The notes under the pieces were generated by a model. That model ran no database searches, was not told the origin of the DNA, and was given only the letters and a program-made list of their open reading frames with translations. Shown one piece after another: positions 31,621 through 45,555 of a stretch of 64,000 bases of DNA. This DNA is from Escherichia phage vB_EcoM_KAW1E185, in the sequence record NC_054922.1. One strand, written 5' to 3'. How positions within the stretch are numbered: the first letter of the stretch is position 1; every line of letters begins with the position of its first letter. A program made the position numbers and the translations under genes.

Positions 31621-31929
31621 TTATTTACCAATAAATTGAAGCAAATGCTCAACTTTCATACCATTAACGGAAATCAATTTGTCAATAGAAAAACCTCGCC
31701 ACTCGCCAAGCTCAACATCAAATACTGGAATCATATCAGTAGATTCTTTCCGAGCAGATTCAGTCAATTTACCAGTTTGCATGGTTGGCATAAAGTCAGC
31801 ATCGCGAGTACCTTTCATAGTACGAATAGTACCATCAGACTTTTCAAAAACTACGTTTGAAATACCCATGGACAATTTAGTTTTCAAAATTTCACGAATT
31901 GCTACTTTCTGTTCAGTTGTCAGTTTCAT
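31621..31929 (-). CDS. hypothetical protein (T4 31.1-like)
   Basis: 102 aa ORF. Confidence 0.6.
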   Translation of the reverse strand: MKLTTEQKVAIREILKTKLSMGISNVVFEKSDGTIRTMKGTRDADFMPTMQTGKLTESARKESTDMIPVFDVELGEWRGFSIDKLISVNGMKVEHLLQFIGK

Positions 31930-32166
31930 TTATTTACCTATTACAGTTTTAATATGAGTTGTTCCACGTTCTTTAAGGGTGGAAAGTAATTTTTGGCATT
32001 TTTCTAAATCAGATTTCCAACTATATGGTCTATCAATACTAGTCCAATCAGTTTTATAATACTGTTTCCATTTAGAGAAAAAATATTTCTTATACTCTAC
32101 AGCAAACGAGATGTTCTCGTTAGAATAAGAACTAATTGCTGTAAGCTTTACCAAACGAAATTTCAT
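31930..32166 (-). CDS. hypothetical protein (T4 31.2-like)
   Basis: 78 aa ORF. Confidence 0.5.
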   Translation of the reverse strand: MKFRLVKLTAISSYSNENISFAVEYKKYFFSKWKQYYKTDWTSIDRPYSWKSDLEKCQKLLSTLKERGTTHIKTVIGK

Positions 32167-32747
32167 TATTCACCACAGAATTCGTTGATATTTTCCCAGT
32201 TTAACTTATTCAAGTTTTTCTTAGGAACATTAAACACTTCAATACCTGCATTTCGCAGAATATCATCCCAGCCAGGTTTATTTTTATCGTATGTTTCACA
32301 ATAAACCAACTTTTTAATTCCAGATTGAGCTATTGCTTTTGCACAATCTGGACAAGGAGAAAGTGTTACATACATAGTAGCACCTTCAATAGAAGAACCA
32401 TTTCGTGCAGCAAACAAAATTGCATTTAGTTCAGCATGAATTTCATTTTTAGACGACCATTCAGAGTGAGCGCTGCGGTGTTCTTTCGCCAAGACAAAAC
32501 GATCAGTTGAACCAAATGATACACATTCGGGCTTATGACCTTGAATGATAGTATGTTTAGGCTTATTCAACAACCAACCTTGCTCAGCAGCATAATCACA
32601 GCAATTTACTCCACCTGCCGGAGAACCATTATACCCAGTAGAAATAATACGTCCATTCTTTTCAATTACTGCTCCTACCTTCCAGGAGCAACATTTTGAT
32701 TCCTGTGATACTAAATATGCAATTTGAAGTACTGTACTCGCTTTCAT
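32166..32747 (-). CDS. cd: dCMP deaminase
   Basis: 193 aa, T4 Cd length; zinc-binding HAELNA and PCPDC motifs. Confidence 0.93.
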   Translation of the reverse strand: MKASTVLQIAYLVSQESKCCSWKVGAVIEKNGRIISTGYNGSPAGGVNCCDYAAEQGWLLNKPKHTIIQGHKPECVSFGSTDRFVLAKEHRSAHSEWSSKNEIHAELNAILFAARNGSSIEGATMYVTLSPCPDCAKAIAQSGIKKLVYCETYDKNKPGWDDILRNAGIEVFNVPKKNLNKLNWENINEFCGE

Positions 32748-33082
32748 TTCATAATCACCAGATAAGCAGATTTAGCAGTTTCAACACGATAAATTTCGTG
32801 ACGAAGTTTAGTTATACTTTTAATAACAGAACTAATTATATTCTGCCCATCTTTAAAGCGGTTTTTCTTATCAATAAAAATTGCACCAGCCATCTTTTTG
32901 TGAAGCTCAACTGGATATTTCGTCACAATAATAGCATCATACACAGAAGGATGAATACTATTCACTAGAGTATCATTCATTAAAGTTATTCTAATGAACT
33001 GTGCTGTTTCAGAATCAAGCGCTCTATGATCGCCAGTATCATTTTCAAGACAATTATCAATTATATCAGTTAAATTCATCAT
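32744..33082 (-). CDS. hypothetical protein (cd.1-like)
   Basis: 112 aa ORF. Confidence 0.55.
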   Translation of the reverse strand: MMNLTDIIDNCLENDTGDHRALDSETAQFIRITLMNDTLVNSIHPSVYDAIIVTKYPVELHKKMAGAIFIDKKNRFKDGQNIISSVIKSITKLRHEIYRVETAKSAYLVIMK

Positions 33083-33315
33083 AGTACGCCATACACCCTT
33101 TGTGCTTCAACTAATCCATCAAAATCCAGTTTAAGATGTGTTATTTGGTCACCATCACCTGGATTCACAATTACTAATACTGAACGAGGAGTTTCGGTAA
33201 TAACACGAACCGATGTTTCTGGAAATCGTACAGAAACTTTATTTACCAATTCCTGAGCAAATAGTTTAACTTTTTCTTGGAATTCTTTAACAGTAATTGG
33301 TTTTTCACTTAGCAT
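33079..33315 (-). CDS. hypothetical protein (cd.2-like)
   Basis: 78 aa ORF. Confidence 0.55.
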   Translation of the reverse strand: MLSEKPITVKEFQEKVKLFAQELVNKVSVRFPETSVRVITETPRSVLVIVNPGDGDQITHLKLDFDGLVEAQRVYGVL

Positions 33316-33836
33316 GTTGATCCCAGCTCCTTACTTTCAACGTTTTTAACTAATTTGACAGAAACTAATTCGGCATCTTGGGTAATCATTACCGGGCCTT
33401 CTTCATACTCTTCAAGATATTCTAGAGCTTTCTTTTTAGCTTCTTCCTTCGTATCAGTTTGAGCATAGATATAAAACATACAACCAGTAATACCTACTAC
33501 TTTCCACTTAATTTCTTTATCAGTTTTAATTTCAAATTTACTGATAGAGTCATCTTTTTGAACTTCTTCGAAAAAATAATATTCTGACATATAAGTAATT
33601 GAAAATAGCGGGCTATCTTTATAAGATTCGCCCATTACATCAACAGCTTTATACCAGCAATCGTCAATTTCGCGTTTAATGCTAATAACATTTTTCGCAG
33701 GATCTATTTTTACTTTAAATGAATTTTCCCCAATAAACTGAGAAATTCGTTTATTAGCCCCGCAAGTTTCATTAAAAATATCTTTATATCCAGCTTTAAA
33801 GTGATAAACCTTATCTTCTTCAAACCATTTGCTCAT
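33309..33836 (-). CDS. hypothetical protein (cd.3-like)
   Basis: 175 aa ORF with early promoter upstream. Confidence 0.6.
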   Translation of the reverse strand: MSKWFEEDKVYHFKAGYKDIFNETCGANKRISQFIGENSFKVKIDPAKNVISIKREIDDCWYKAVDVMGESYKDSPLFSITYMSEYYFFEEVQKDDSISKFEIKTDKEIKWKVVGITGCMFYIYAQTDTKEEAKKKALEYLEEYEEGPVMITQDAELVSVKLVKNVESKELGSTC

Positions 33837-33866
33837 TTCAATTTCCTCATTTGTTTTGGTAGAGCT

Positions 33867-33896
33867 ATAATATCACAACTCTACCGTAAAGTAAAC
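33867..33896 (-). promoter_or_regulatory. T4-type early promoter
   Basis: Minus strand GTTTAC, spacer, TATTAT. Confidence 0.5.
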
Positions 33897-33898
33897 TG

Positions 33899-34174
33899 TT
33901 AAATTGCCTTGAATTCTGATGTCTGTGATTCAAAGCGAATATCGCCTTTGATGACTAGCTCAGCATCAAGACCAAATACGACAATGATATGCGCAGAACC
34001 TGGATACAGCGTAATGGCAATAGAATCCACCTGGTCTGGAAGCAAAGTGTTCAATACATGAGTCACTTGAGCATGAATTCGAAGCTCAGCTGCGTTATCA
34101 AGCTTTTCAAACATATTATTAGCAATAATTTGACTAAACACTACTTCTACGATTTTAGAATAAGTCGGAAACAT
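33899..34174 (-). CDS. hypothetical protein (cd.4-like)
   Basis: 91 aa ORF. Confidence 0.55.
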   Translation of the reverse strand: MFPTYSKIVEVVFSQIIANNMFEKLDNAAELRIHAQVTHVLNTLLPDQVDSIAITLYPGSAHIIVVFGLDAELVIKGDIRFESQTSEFKAI

Positions 34175-34176
34175 AT

Positions 34177-34369
34177 TTACCTCACATAATTTTCTTCAAG
34201 CCAATCAATAACATCCAACGCATTATCAAAAGTTGAACCATCTACTTTGTCTTCTGTTTCATAATCAAGAACATCTAAGCCTACTCTTCCATCAACAATA
34301 GGCCATAAACAAAATAGATATTTCTTTTCTTTTTCAATTTTATCACAAAGACGATAAATCTTTTCTATA

Positions 34370-34377
<8 letters not shown>
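34177..34377 (-). CDS. hypothetical protein (cd.5-like)
   Basis: 66 aa ORF. Confidence 0.5.
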
Positions 34378-35792
<1,415 letters not shown>

Positions 35793-35795
35793 TTA

Positions 35796-36026
35796 TTATT
35801 TCTCAACCAATGATTGAATATAATCATGCAAGTCTTTAGATGCTTTACCCCACTTATTTTGGTATTCATTTTTAAGATTAGCCCGAGATTGAGCTAATAA
35901 AACATCATTAGTTGGAGGTAAAGATTCTAACCGTTGAATCTGGCGTCCATAAATCATTGCAGCCATCTCGGATTCATAAATCAATCCTTTGAGATGTTCA
36001 AATTGATGCCATGAAATCATTTGCAT
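35796..36026 (-). CDS. hypothetical protein
   Basis: 76 aa ORF. Confidence 0.45.
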   Translation of the reverse strand: MQMISWHQFEHLKGLIYESEMAAMIYGRQIQRLESLPPTNDVLLAQSRANLKNEYQNKWGKASKDLHDYIQSLVEK

Positions 36027-36316
36027 TTATCCTCTTTTAACTCTTGACGATAATAACATATCATAGTTTTCTGATCATGTACATATCGTTTTACATCATT
36101 AAGCCAAATGCGAAATTCCTGGGAATCTTCAAATGGCATACCGACCCAAGCTTTACCATCAATAACTTTAACTTGCCAAGATAGTTTAGCTTCATCATAT
36201 GACTTTATTTGTACAGGCCAATTAGGATGAACTGTTTCTTTCTTTACTTCTAGAGGCTTTGTCGAACAACCAACTAGAAGACCAATAGATAATATTACTG
36301 TTGATAGTTTAATCAT
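36017..36316 (-). CDS. o-spanin lipoprotein (T4 PseT.2-like, Rz1 equivalent)
   Basis: 99 aa; signal peptide with lipobox LVGCS; adjacent to i-spanin. Confidence 0.7.
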   Translation of the reverse strand: MIKLSTVILSIGLLVGCSTKPLEVKKETVHPNWPVQIKSYDEAKLSWQVKVIDGKAWVGMPFEDSQEFRIWLNDVKRYVHDQKTMICYYRQELKEDKCK

Positions 36317-36666
36317 TTAGAAAGGTCCTGGATGTCTTCTGCGAACTTGTTGAAGGAGTTGTTGATTTGTTTTTCAACCAATCCTGGCTTATGAGCCACC
36401 ACATCCGCCTTCTTTGCGTCTTTGCGCAGTTTTTCATTTTCACGCTCAATAGCAGCAATTGCCTCACGATTTTTATTATTCATCGCATCAATATAATTAT
36501 ACTGAATTCGCAAATTATTTAATGCTAAAGCGTTTTCATTGGCCGTTTTTGTAATTTCTACAACAGACGTTTCTAATCTTTCAATTTTATTTTTTAAAAT
36601 TAAAGAAGTTCCGCCCAATGCAATTACAATTAATAGCAAGCCTGCTGTCGTATTACTTAATTGCAT
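36313..36666 (-). CDS. i-spanin (T4 PseT.3-like, Rz equivalent)
   Basis: 117 aa; N-terminal TM helix then predicted coiled coil. Confidence 0.7.
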   Translation of the reverse strand: MQLSNTTAGLLLIVIALGGTSLILKNKIERLETSVVEITKTANENALALNNLRIQYNYIDAMNNKNREAIAAIERENEKLRKDAKKADVVAHKPGLVEKQINNSFNKFAEDIQDLSK

Positions 36667-37163
36667 AAAGTTTTAATAACCTCTATAATATCGTCTTGAG
36701 AAAGACCGTTAATTAAAATATGATGTTCAGCAGGAGATTTAGAAATTTTAAAGCATGCCTCAACATCTTCTGCCATATCTGATGCGCTACGATTTGGATT
36801 ACTAATTCCAAGACGATGTTTTCCCGTCAAAGGATTAACGATGATATAGCATTTACAGTTGTTAATATGAACATTAGGTTGAGTCTGATTAATGAACACA
36901 TCACAATCATATTTCGCAAGCTGATTTTCTAAAAAGACTTTCATCTCCTCAACTGCATCAGGAAGCATATCACGGGCTTGCTCAAGACGACGATTTCGAT
37001 ATTCTTTAATGGTCGTTTTCCGCTTGACTTGCTTAGCTAAATCTTTCTTAAGATCGGTGATATATCCAACTCGACGATTTCCTTTAAATACAGAAATCCC
37101 ATCTGTAGTATCACCGTATGCTTCAACGACCATTTCAGTAGTAATAAGCTGTAAATCCATCAT
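36657..37163 (-). CDS. alc: Alc, inhibitor of host transcription on cytosine DNA
   Basis: 168 aa (T4 Alc about 167), position between spanins and rnlA. Confidence 0.8.
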   Translation of the reverse strand: MMDLQLITTEMVVEAYGDTTDGISVFKGNRRVGYITDLKKDLAKQVKRKTTIKEYRNRRLEQARDMLPDAVEEMKVFLENQLAKYDCDVFINQTQPNVHINNCKCYIIVNPLTGKHRLGISNPNRSASDMAEDVEACFKISKSPAEHHILINGLSQDDIIEVIKTLCN

Positions 37164-37191
37164 AAAGTCCTCATGTTATGTCAGTAAGACT

Positions 37192-37221
37192 ACTGTAACA
37201 CAACACGAGGGACTTGTAAAC
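37192..37221 (-). promoter_or_regulatory. T4-type early promoter for alc
   Basis: Minus strand GTTTAC, spacer aagtccctcgtgttgtg (identical to promoter at 23475-23504), TTACAGT. Confidence 0.55.
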
Positions 37222-37224
37222 AGC

Positions 37225-38812
<1,588 letters not shown>

Positions 38813-38839
38813 AATAAAATGGGCCTTGCGGCCCACTCC

Positions 38840-40009
38840 TTAAAAATATTTTTTAAAACTCATCATAACTTTATCATCAACGTCATTATCAATCTGTGCT
38901 ACAAGATAAGATGACAGTTCTACTTCTTGCGGTGCAGATTGAACATTATCAGAATTAAGATATTCACGAATCCAAGGATACGGATGTTTAACCGGAGCAT
39001 CAGTAATTGGGCATGGAAGACCACACTGTTTCATACGAGATACAGTTAAGTAATCAATAAAGCTCCACATGCTATTTGTATTTAATCCAGGAACATCGCC
39101 ATCTTTAAATAAATGAACTGCCCAGTCTTTTTCTTGACGGTTAACTTCCATGAAAATATCAACTGCTTCTTGTTCACACTCTTGAGCAATTTTAACCCAT
39201 TCATCACCATCAGTGCCAAGTTGAAGTTGACGAATAATATATTGGGTGCCTTTAAGGTGAAGCTGCTCATCACGTGCAATGAACTTCATAATCTTGGCAT
39301 TACCTTCCATGATTTCCATGTTCTTATGGAAGTTAAAGGTACATGCGAAAGATACATAAAAACGAATAGCTTCCAATGCGTTGATTACGTGCAGGCAGAG
39401 GTAAAGAGATTTCATTAGTGCTCGTTTAGTACATTCAACAACTTTGCCTAGCTCTTCTTTACGAAATCCTTCTGATAAAATTCCTTCATAATCTTCAACC
39501 GCATTCTGATATTCACGAGTCTTAACTAGAACGTCATCATAATAACGACCAATAGATTCAGCACGTTTCATGATAGCTTTATCTAATACAATCTCATCAA
39601 ATACCTTTGATGGATCAGTATAAAGATTTCGCATGATATGAGTATATGAACGACTGTGAATAGTTTCGCTAAAAGTCCATGTAGCAACCCATGTATCAAG
39701 ACTTGGGTCTGAAATTAACGACATAAGTACAGCAGACGGCGCACGACCCTGAATGCTATCCAAAAGTGATTGATACTTCAGGTTATTAGTAAAAATATCT
39801 TGCTGATATTGAGGAAGCTTGTTAAATTGTGCAGCATCCATCATCAAGTTTACTTCTTCAGGACGCCAGAAAAATGATAAAGATTTCTCAATAAGTTCTT
39901 CAAATACTCTATGCCGTTGAATATCATATCGAGCTAAACCCAATCCAGAACCAAAAAACATCGGCTCAGTCAAAATATTAACAGGGGATGTATTAAAAAC
40001 TGTACTCAT
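38840..40009 (-). CDS. nrdB: ribonucleotide reductase small subunit NrdB (uninterrupted)
   Basis: 389 aa single ORF, T4 NrdB about 388 aa. Confidence 0.93.
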   Translation of the reverse strand: MSTVFNTSPVNILTEPMFFGSGLGLARYDIQRHRVFEELIEKSLSFFWRPEEVNLMMDAAQFNKLPQYQQDIFTNNLKYQSLLDSIQGRAPSAVLMSLISDPSLDTWVATWTFSETIHSRSYTHIMRNLYTDPSKVFDEIVLDKAIMKRAESIGRYYDDVLVKTREYQNAVEDYEGILSEGFRKEELGKVVECTKRALMKSLYLCLHVINALEAIRFYVSFACTFNFHKNMEIMEGNAKIMKFIARDEQLHLKGTQYIIRQLQLGTDGDEWVKIAQECEQEAVDIFMEVNRQEKDWAVHLFKDGDVPGLNTNSMWSFIDYLTVSRMKQCGLPCPITDAPVKHPYPWIREYLNSDNVQSAPQEVELSSYLVAQIDNDVDDKVMMSFKKYF

Positions 40010-40647
40010 TTAGAATCCTTAAATTTACATTTATCATAATGCCATCTTAGAGCATTGCCTTTATTAACCTTCTTGCCACAATGCGGACAAGGCGGATACT
40101 CTATACTTTGCTTAGTTCTCAAAGAAATCAAATCACGAGTTTCTTTAGTATGAGGAACATCTCTTGTTGGAGAGATTGTACCATACATCGGATTAAGCAC
40201 GCCGACTTTAGCAGCAGCTATATTCTTTTTAGCTTCTTCGGTTTTAGGTTTTCTCATGCGAGCTAAATGCTCTTTGGTAAATTTCCTTCCTTTAAGAGCT
40301 CTACTTATCTTTTCCCTGGTTTCTATAGAAACTTCACGTCCTATAGCAGCTTCAGATAAACGTCGTCTACCTAATTCGTATAGTTGAGAAGAAATTTTAT
40401 ATGAGCGATTTTTACCAGTCAAGCACATTAAACCAAAAGCTTTCTTTAATCCTGGGGTGTCATATATTTTGCATAAAAGCCAATGAGCTATAAAATGCTC
40501 TCTACCTGTTAATTCAACTAAATTTTCTTTATCATCAGAACCTCCCATACATCTAGGGATTATATGATGAGTCTCTTTATATTCAGATAAAGGTTCCCGA
40601 GCCTGAGCTCGGGAAATTAGGTCATTATAGATTTTTTGATAATTCAT
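40006..40647 (-). CDS. free-standing HNH homing endonuclease (MobE-like) with NUMOD3-like repeats
   Basis: 213 aa; HNH core ETHHIIPRCMGGSDDKENLVELTGREHFIAHWLL; ETREKISRALKG and ETRDLISLRTK repeats; C-terminal CPHCG...H...C. Confidence 0.8.
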   Translation of the reverse strand: MNYQKIYNDLISRAQAREPLSEYKETHHIIPRCMGGSDDKENLVELTGREHFIAHWLLCKIYDTPGLKKAFGLMCLTGKNRSYKISSQLYELGRRRLSEAAIGREVSIETREKISRALKGRKFTKEHLARMRKPKTEEAKKNIAAAKVGVLNPMYGTISPTRDVPHTKETRDLISLRTKQSIEYPPCPHCGKKVNKGNALRWHYDKCKFKDSK

Positions 40648-42911
40648 TACAATTTACACGCTGCACAATCTTCAGCTTTTGGAGTTTCTATTTCATAATC
40701 ATCAGTACCAGAACCATCGCGGGTATTATGATAATAGAAATTTTTTCCGCCAAAATACCAAAAATACAAAAGGTCATCAATCATTATTGACATTGGAACC
40801 TTGCCTTTAGGGAAGATTTGGGGGTCATAGTATGTATTCGCCGAAGCTGATTGACAAACCCATTTCAGCATAATAGCTACCTGCGTAAGATAAGGTTTAT
40901 TACCTTTCTTAGCTAATTTCCATGTATAGTCGTAAAGGTCTATGTTATGCTCAATATTGGGCACGACCTGATTAAAGGAGCCCTCTTTTGATTCTTTAAC
41001 AGAGACTGGTCCACGTGGAGGCTCGATACCGTTTGTACTGTTAGAAACTTGGGAAGATGACTCACATGGCATAAGTGCTGATAATGTGCTATTACGGATG
41101 CCAAAGAGCTTAAGGTCTTCCCGCAGCGACGACCAGTCACAAACGTATTTTGGAGCTGCGATTTGGTCAATCTTTTTATTGTACCAGTCGATAGGTAATT
41201 CGCCTCGAGACCAACGAGTGTCTGAATAATATTCGCAAGGTCCTTTTTCTTTGGCGAGCTTAATGGATGCTTTAATGAGTCCATACTGCAATCTCTCAAA
41301 TAGTTCATGTGTTAAATCGTTAGCATCTTCATAAGAAGCAAAATTACTTGCCAGCCAAGCTGCATAGTTAGTAACACCTACGCCGAGGTTTCGACGCTTT
41401 TTAGCTTTTTCTGCTTCAGGAACTGGATATCCTTGGTAGTCCAAAAGATTATCAAGAGCACGAACTTGAACTTCTGCCAATTCATTAATTTTATCTTGGT
41501 CTTGCCAATCAAAGTTATCTAACACAAATGCAGATAACGTACACAATCCAATTTCAGCATCAGGACTATTCACGTCATTTGTTGGAATAGCAATTTCACA
41601 ACACAAGTTGCTCTGACGAATAGGTGCCTTTTCACGAATAAATGGAGTATAGTTATTCGTATTATCAATGAACTGTACATAAATCCTTGCTGTTCCTGAG
41701 CGTTCAGTCATTAGCAATTCAAACAGCTCACGGGCTTTAATACGCTTTTTACGAATATTAGGGTCTTTTTCTGCGGCTTCATATAATTCACGGAAACGGT
41801 CTTGGTCTTTAAAATAAGAATAATAAAGCTCACCACCCATTTCATGTGGACTGAACAAAGTAATGTAATCGTTCTTTCCGAATCGTTCCATCATCAAATC
41901 ATTCAGCTGAACACCATAATCCATATGACGAATTCGGTTTTCTTCTACGCCTTTGTTATTTTTCAAAACGAGAAGATTTTCAACTTCCAAATGCCAAATA
42001 GGATAATAAGCAGTAGCAGCGCCGCCACGAATTCCACCCTGTGAGCATGATTTAACAGCAGTCTGAAAATGTTTCCAAAAAGGAATAACACCAGTATGAC
42101 GTACTTCACCTGTACCAATCTTAGAACCTTCGGCACGAATCATACCAACGTTAATACCAATTCCAGCGCGTTTGGAGATATATTCAACAATTGAAGCGGA
42201 AGCCTTATTGATAGACTTCAGCGAATCACCTGCCTCAATAACAACACATGAACTAAACTGTCGAGTCGGAGTACGACAACCAGCCATAATAGGAGTTGGC
42301 AGTGAAATCTGTCGAGTAGATACTGCTTCATAAAAACGGATAACATGTTTTAATCTATCAACAGGTTCATCTTGATGCAGTGCCATTCCAATAGCCATAA
42401 ATGCAAACTGTGGAGTTTCATAAATTTGACCAGTGGTTTTATCTTTAACTAGATATTTTTCTTTTAATTGCATCGCCCCGGAATAAGTAAATTCCATATC
42501 CCGCTCGTGCTTAATTTTTGATTCTAAAAATGTAATTTCTTCCGCAGAATATTTTGACAATAATTCAGGGTCATATTTACCTGCATTTACGCAATAAGAA
42601 ATATGGTCAATAAATGAACGCGGTTCATACTGCCCGTAAACATGCTTACGAAGAGCAAACATTAAACAGCGTGCAGCTACATATTGATAATCAGGCTCTT
42701 CAACCGAAATAGAATTCGCAGCAGCCTTAATGACAATAGTCTGAATATCATCAGTTGTCATTCCATCACGGAGATAAGATTTAATATTTTCATATAATTC
42801 ATAAGGATCTACTGATGTTCCCTCAGCTGCCCAAGATAAAACTTTAATAATTTTTTGTGGATCAAAGCTCTGAGAAACACCACTACTTTTGATAACATTA
42901 ATTAATTGCAT
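40647..42911 (-). CDS. nrdA: ribonucleotide reductase large subunit NrdA
   Basis: 754 aa, T4 NrdA length; N-terminal ATP-cone. Confidence 0.95.
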   Translation of the reverse strand: MQLINVIKSSGVSQSFDPQKIIKVLSWAAEGTSVDPYELYENIKSYLRDGMTTDDIQTIVIKAAANSISVEEPDYQYVAARCLMFALRKHVYGQYEPRSFIDHISYCVNAGKYDPELLSKYSAEEITFLESKIKHERDMEFTYSGAMQLKEKYLVKDKTTGQIYETPQFAFMAIGMALHQDEPVDRLKHVIRFYEAVSTRQISLPTPIMAGCRTPTRQFSSCVVIEAGDSLKSINKASASIVEYISKRAGIGINVGMIRAEGSKIGTGEVRHTGVIPFWKHFQTAVKSCSQGGIRGGAATAYYPIWHLEVENLLVLKNNKGVEENRIRHMDYGVQLNDLMMERFGKNDYITLFSPHEMGGELYYSYFKDQDRFRELYEAAEKDPNIRKKRIKARELFELLMTERSGTARIYVQFIDNTNNYTPFIREKAPIRQSNLCCEIAIPTNDVNSPDAEIGLCTLSAFVLDNFDWQDQDKINELAEVQVRALDNLLDYQGYPVPEAEKAKKRRNLGVGVTNYAAWLASNFASYEDANDLTHELFERLQYGLIKASIKLAKEKGPCEYYSDTRWSRGELPIDWYNKKIDQIAAPKYVCDWSSLREDLKLFGIRNSTLSALMPCESSSQVSNSTNGIEPPRGPVSVKESKEGSFNQVVPNIEHNIDLYDYTWKLAKKGNKPYLTQVAIMLKWVCQSASANTYYDPQIFPKGKVPMSIMIDDLLYFWYFGGKNFYYHNTRDGSGTDDYEIETPKAEDCAACKL

Positions 42912-43228
42912 AAGTCCTCAACTTGAAAATCGTCTTTAAACAATCGGTTAACTATATGAGCTATTATATCACCATGACACGGCTTTGGTTTACATGTGCA
43001 TCCTAGCCTCATTCCACGTAAAGGCTCTAAATGTGCTTTAGTTATTTCTCCGGATTTAATTCGACGTATAAAATCTTTTTTGAATAATTCAATGGCAGCC
43101 TCCCGGCTGCCAGCATCTTTACCGACGTAATTTCCCCAAAATGTACCGCGGTGAATATTAACATCAAAGTCGGATTTGTATTTATTCACTACCCGGCATA
43201 GACGGCCCACGCTGGAATAATTCGTCAT
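42902..43228 (-). CDS. hypothetical protein (nrdA.1-like)
   Basis: 108 aa ORF. Confidence 0.55.
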
Positions 43229-43445
43229 ATTGTTTTTCCGTTAAAACAGTAATATCGTAGTAACAGTCAGAAGAAGTTTTAACTGTGGAAATTTTATTAT
43301 CAAAATACTCACGAGTCATTTTATGAGTATAGTATTTTTTACCATAAATGGTAATAGGCTGTTCTGGTCCTGGAACTTCTAACTCGCTTGGGTTAGGAAG
43401 TGTAAAAAGAACAACGCCAGAAGTATCTTTAAATCGTAAAATCAT
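43182..43445 (-). CDS. hypothetical protein (nrdA.2-like)
   Basis: 87 aa ORF. Confidence 0.5.
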
Positions 43446-44302
43446 ATTGCCATTTTCCCTTTAATTGCTGGATGCGATTCATAATTTTCAAGGATAAAAT
43501 CTTTCGGTTTCATGTATTCAGTTAACCAGTAAAGCTGTGTTTCGGTGTCACAATTTCCAAACTCTATAGGCCAATCAATTTTAAGTTCACATAGTTCTTT
43601 AGGCTCACGACGTAAAATTTCTTTACATTGCTCAGTATGATTCATATAGATGTGAGTATTACCACCAGAAAATATCAAATCTCCTGGGATAAGATTACAC
43701 ATCTTAGCCACAATATGCGTCAAGGCAGCGTACGAGGCAATGTTGAATGGCAAGCCCAAGAAAACATCTACACTTCTTTGGTACCATTGTAAATCAAGAT
43801 AACCATTACGCACATTAAACTGATAGAACATATGACAGGGCGGTAATGCCATTTGATTGATTTCAGCTGGATTCCATGCTGAAACGATTTGACGTCGATC
43901 AGTTGGTAATTTTTTAATACGATCAATAGTTTCAACTAATTGATCCACACCACCGAAATCACGCCATTGTTTACCGTATATAGGACCAAGTTCACCACTA
44001 TGATATCCTAGGTCTTTAGCCTGGTTTTCATAGTTATCGTCCCAAATAGTTTTACCTTGAATAAGACTACCATGAGTGCGAAGACGTAAATCATTAACAT
44101 TGGTAGAACCGGAAATAAACCATAGAAGCTCAGCAATGCATGCATTCCAGGCGAGCTTCTTAGTCGTTACTGCAGGAAAACCTTTAGTTAAATCCCAGCG
44201 TAATTTAGTACCGAACAAAGCAATTGTTCCTGTGCCTGTTCGGTCATCGGTTTCATAACCATTTTCAAAAATGTCTTTAATTAAATCTTGGTATTGTTTC
44301 AT
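43442..44302 (-). CDS. td: thymidylate synthase (uninterrupted, no intron)
   Basis: 286 aa single ORF, T4 TS length; catalytic ALPPCH motif. Confidence 0.95.
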
Positions 44303-44346
44303 TTAGTACCTTATATAAATTATAATACATTTTATGAAGCTAATAA

Positions 44347-44694
44347 TTAATACGGTTTAGCATCAAATTTTCTCTCAATTTCAGGCGTGAAATATAATTC
44401 TTTACCGCGTTTGGAAAAGCGACCAATAATATGATAATTATTCTCATCAAACGTGATATTACCAATATCCATAGCTTTCAACCAAATATCGATATTTCTA
44501 TCCAGCTTTATGTCAAAATTCCAATACGGAGAACTATTACCGAAAATACTGCAAGCGGATTCAGTGAAACAACTGCTATAAATCTTGTCTTTAGGAACTA
44601 CTAATTGATAGACACCTTTAATAAACTGAGGACCCTGCCACTTTGGCTGTTTCGCGTCTTTTTCTAATAGAATAGGGTAATAATTAAAATTCAT
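44347..44694 (-). CDS. hypothetical protein between frd and td
   Basis: 115 aa from ATG 44694; no recognised family. Confidence 0.55.
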   Translation of the reverse strand: MNFNYYPILLEKDAKQPKWQGPQFIKGVYQLVVPKDKIYSSCFTESACSIFGNSSPYWNFDIKLDRNIDIWLKAMDIGNITFDENNYHIIGRFSKRGKELYFTPEIERKFDAKPY

Positions 44695-44714
44695 ATTTTC
44701 CGCCACGCGTTATT

Positions 44715-45544
<830 letters not shown>

Positions 45545-45555
45545 ATTATCTCCTA

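Noticed and set aside
43442-44302. Search for group I intron and intron-encoded endonuclease in td (and nrdB)
   Set aside because: Both genes are single full-length ORFs; no interruption found.
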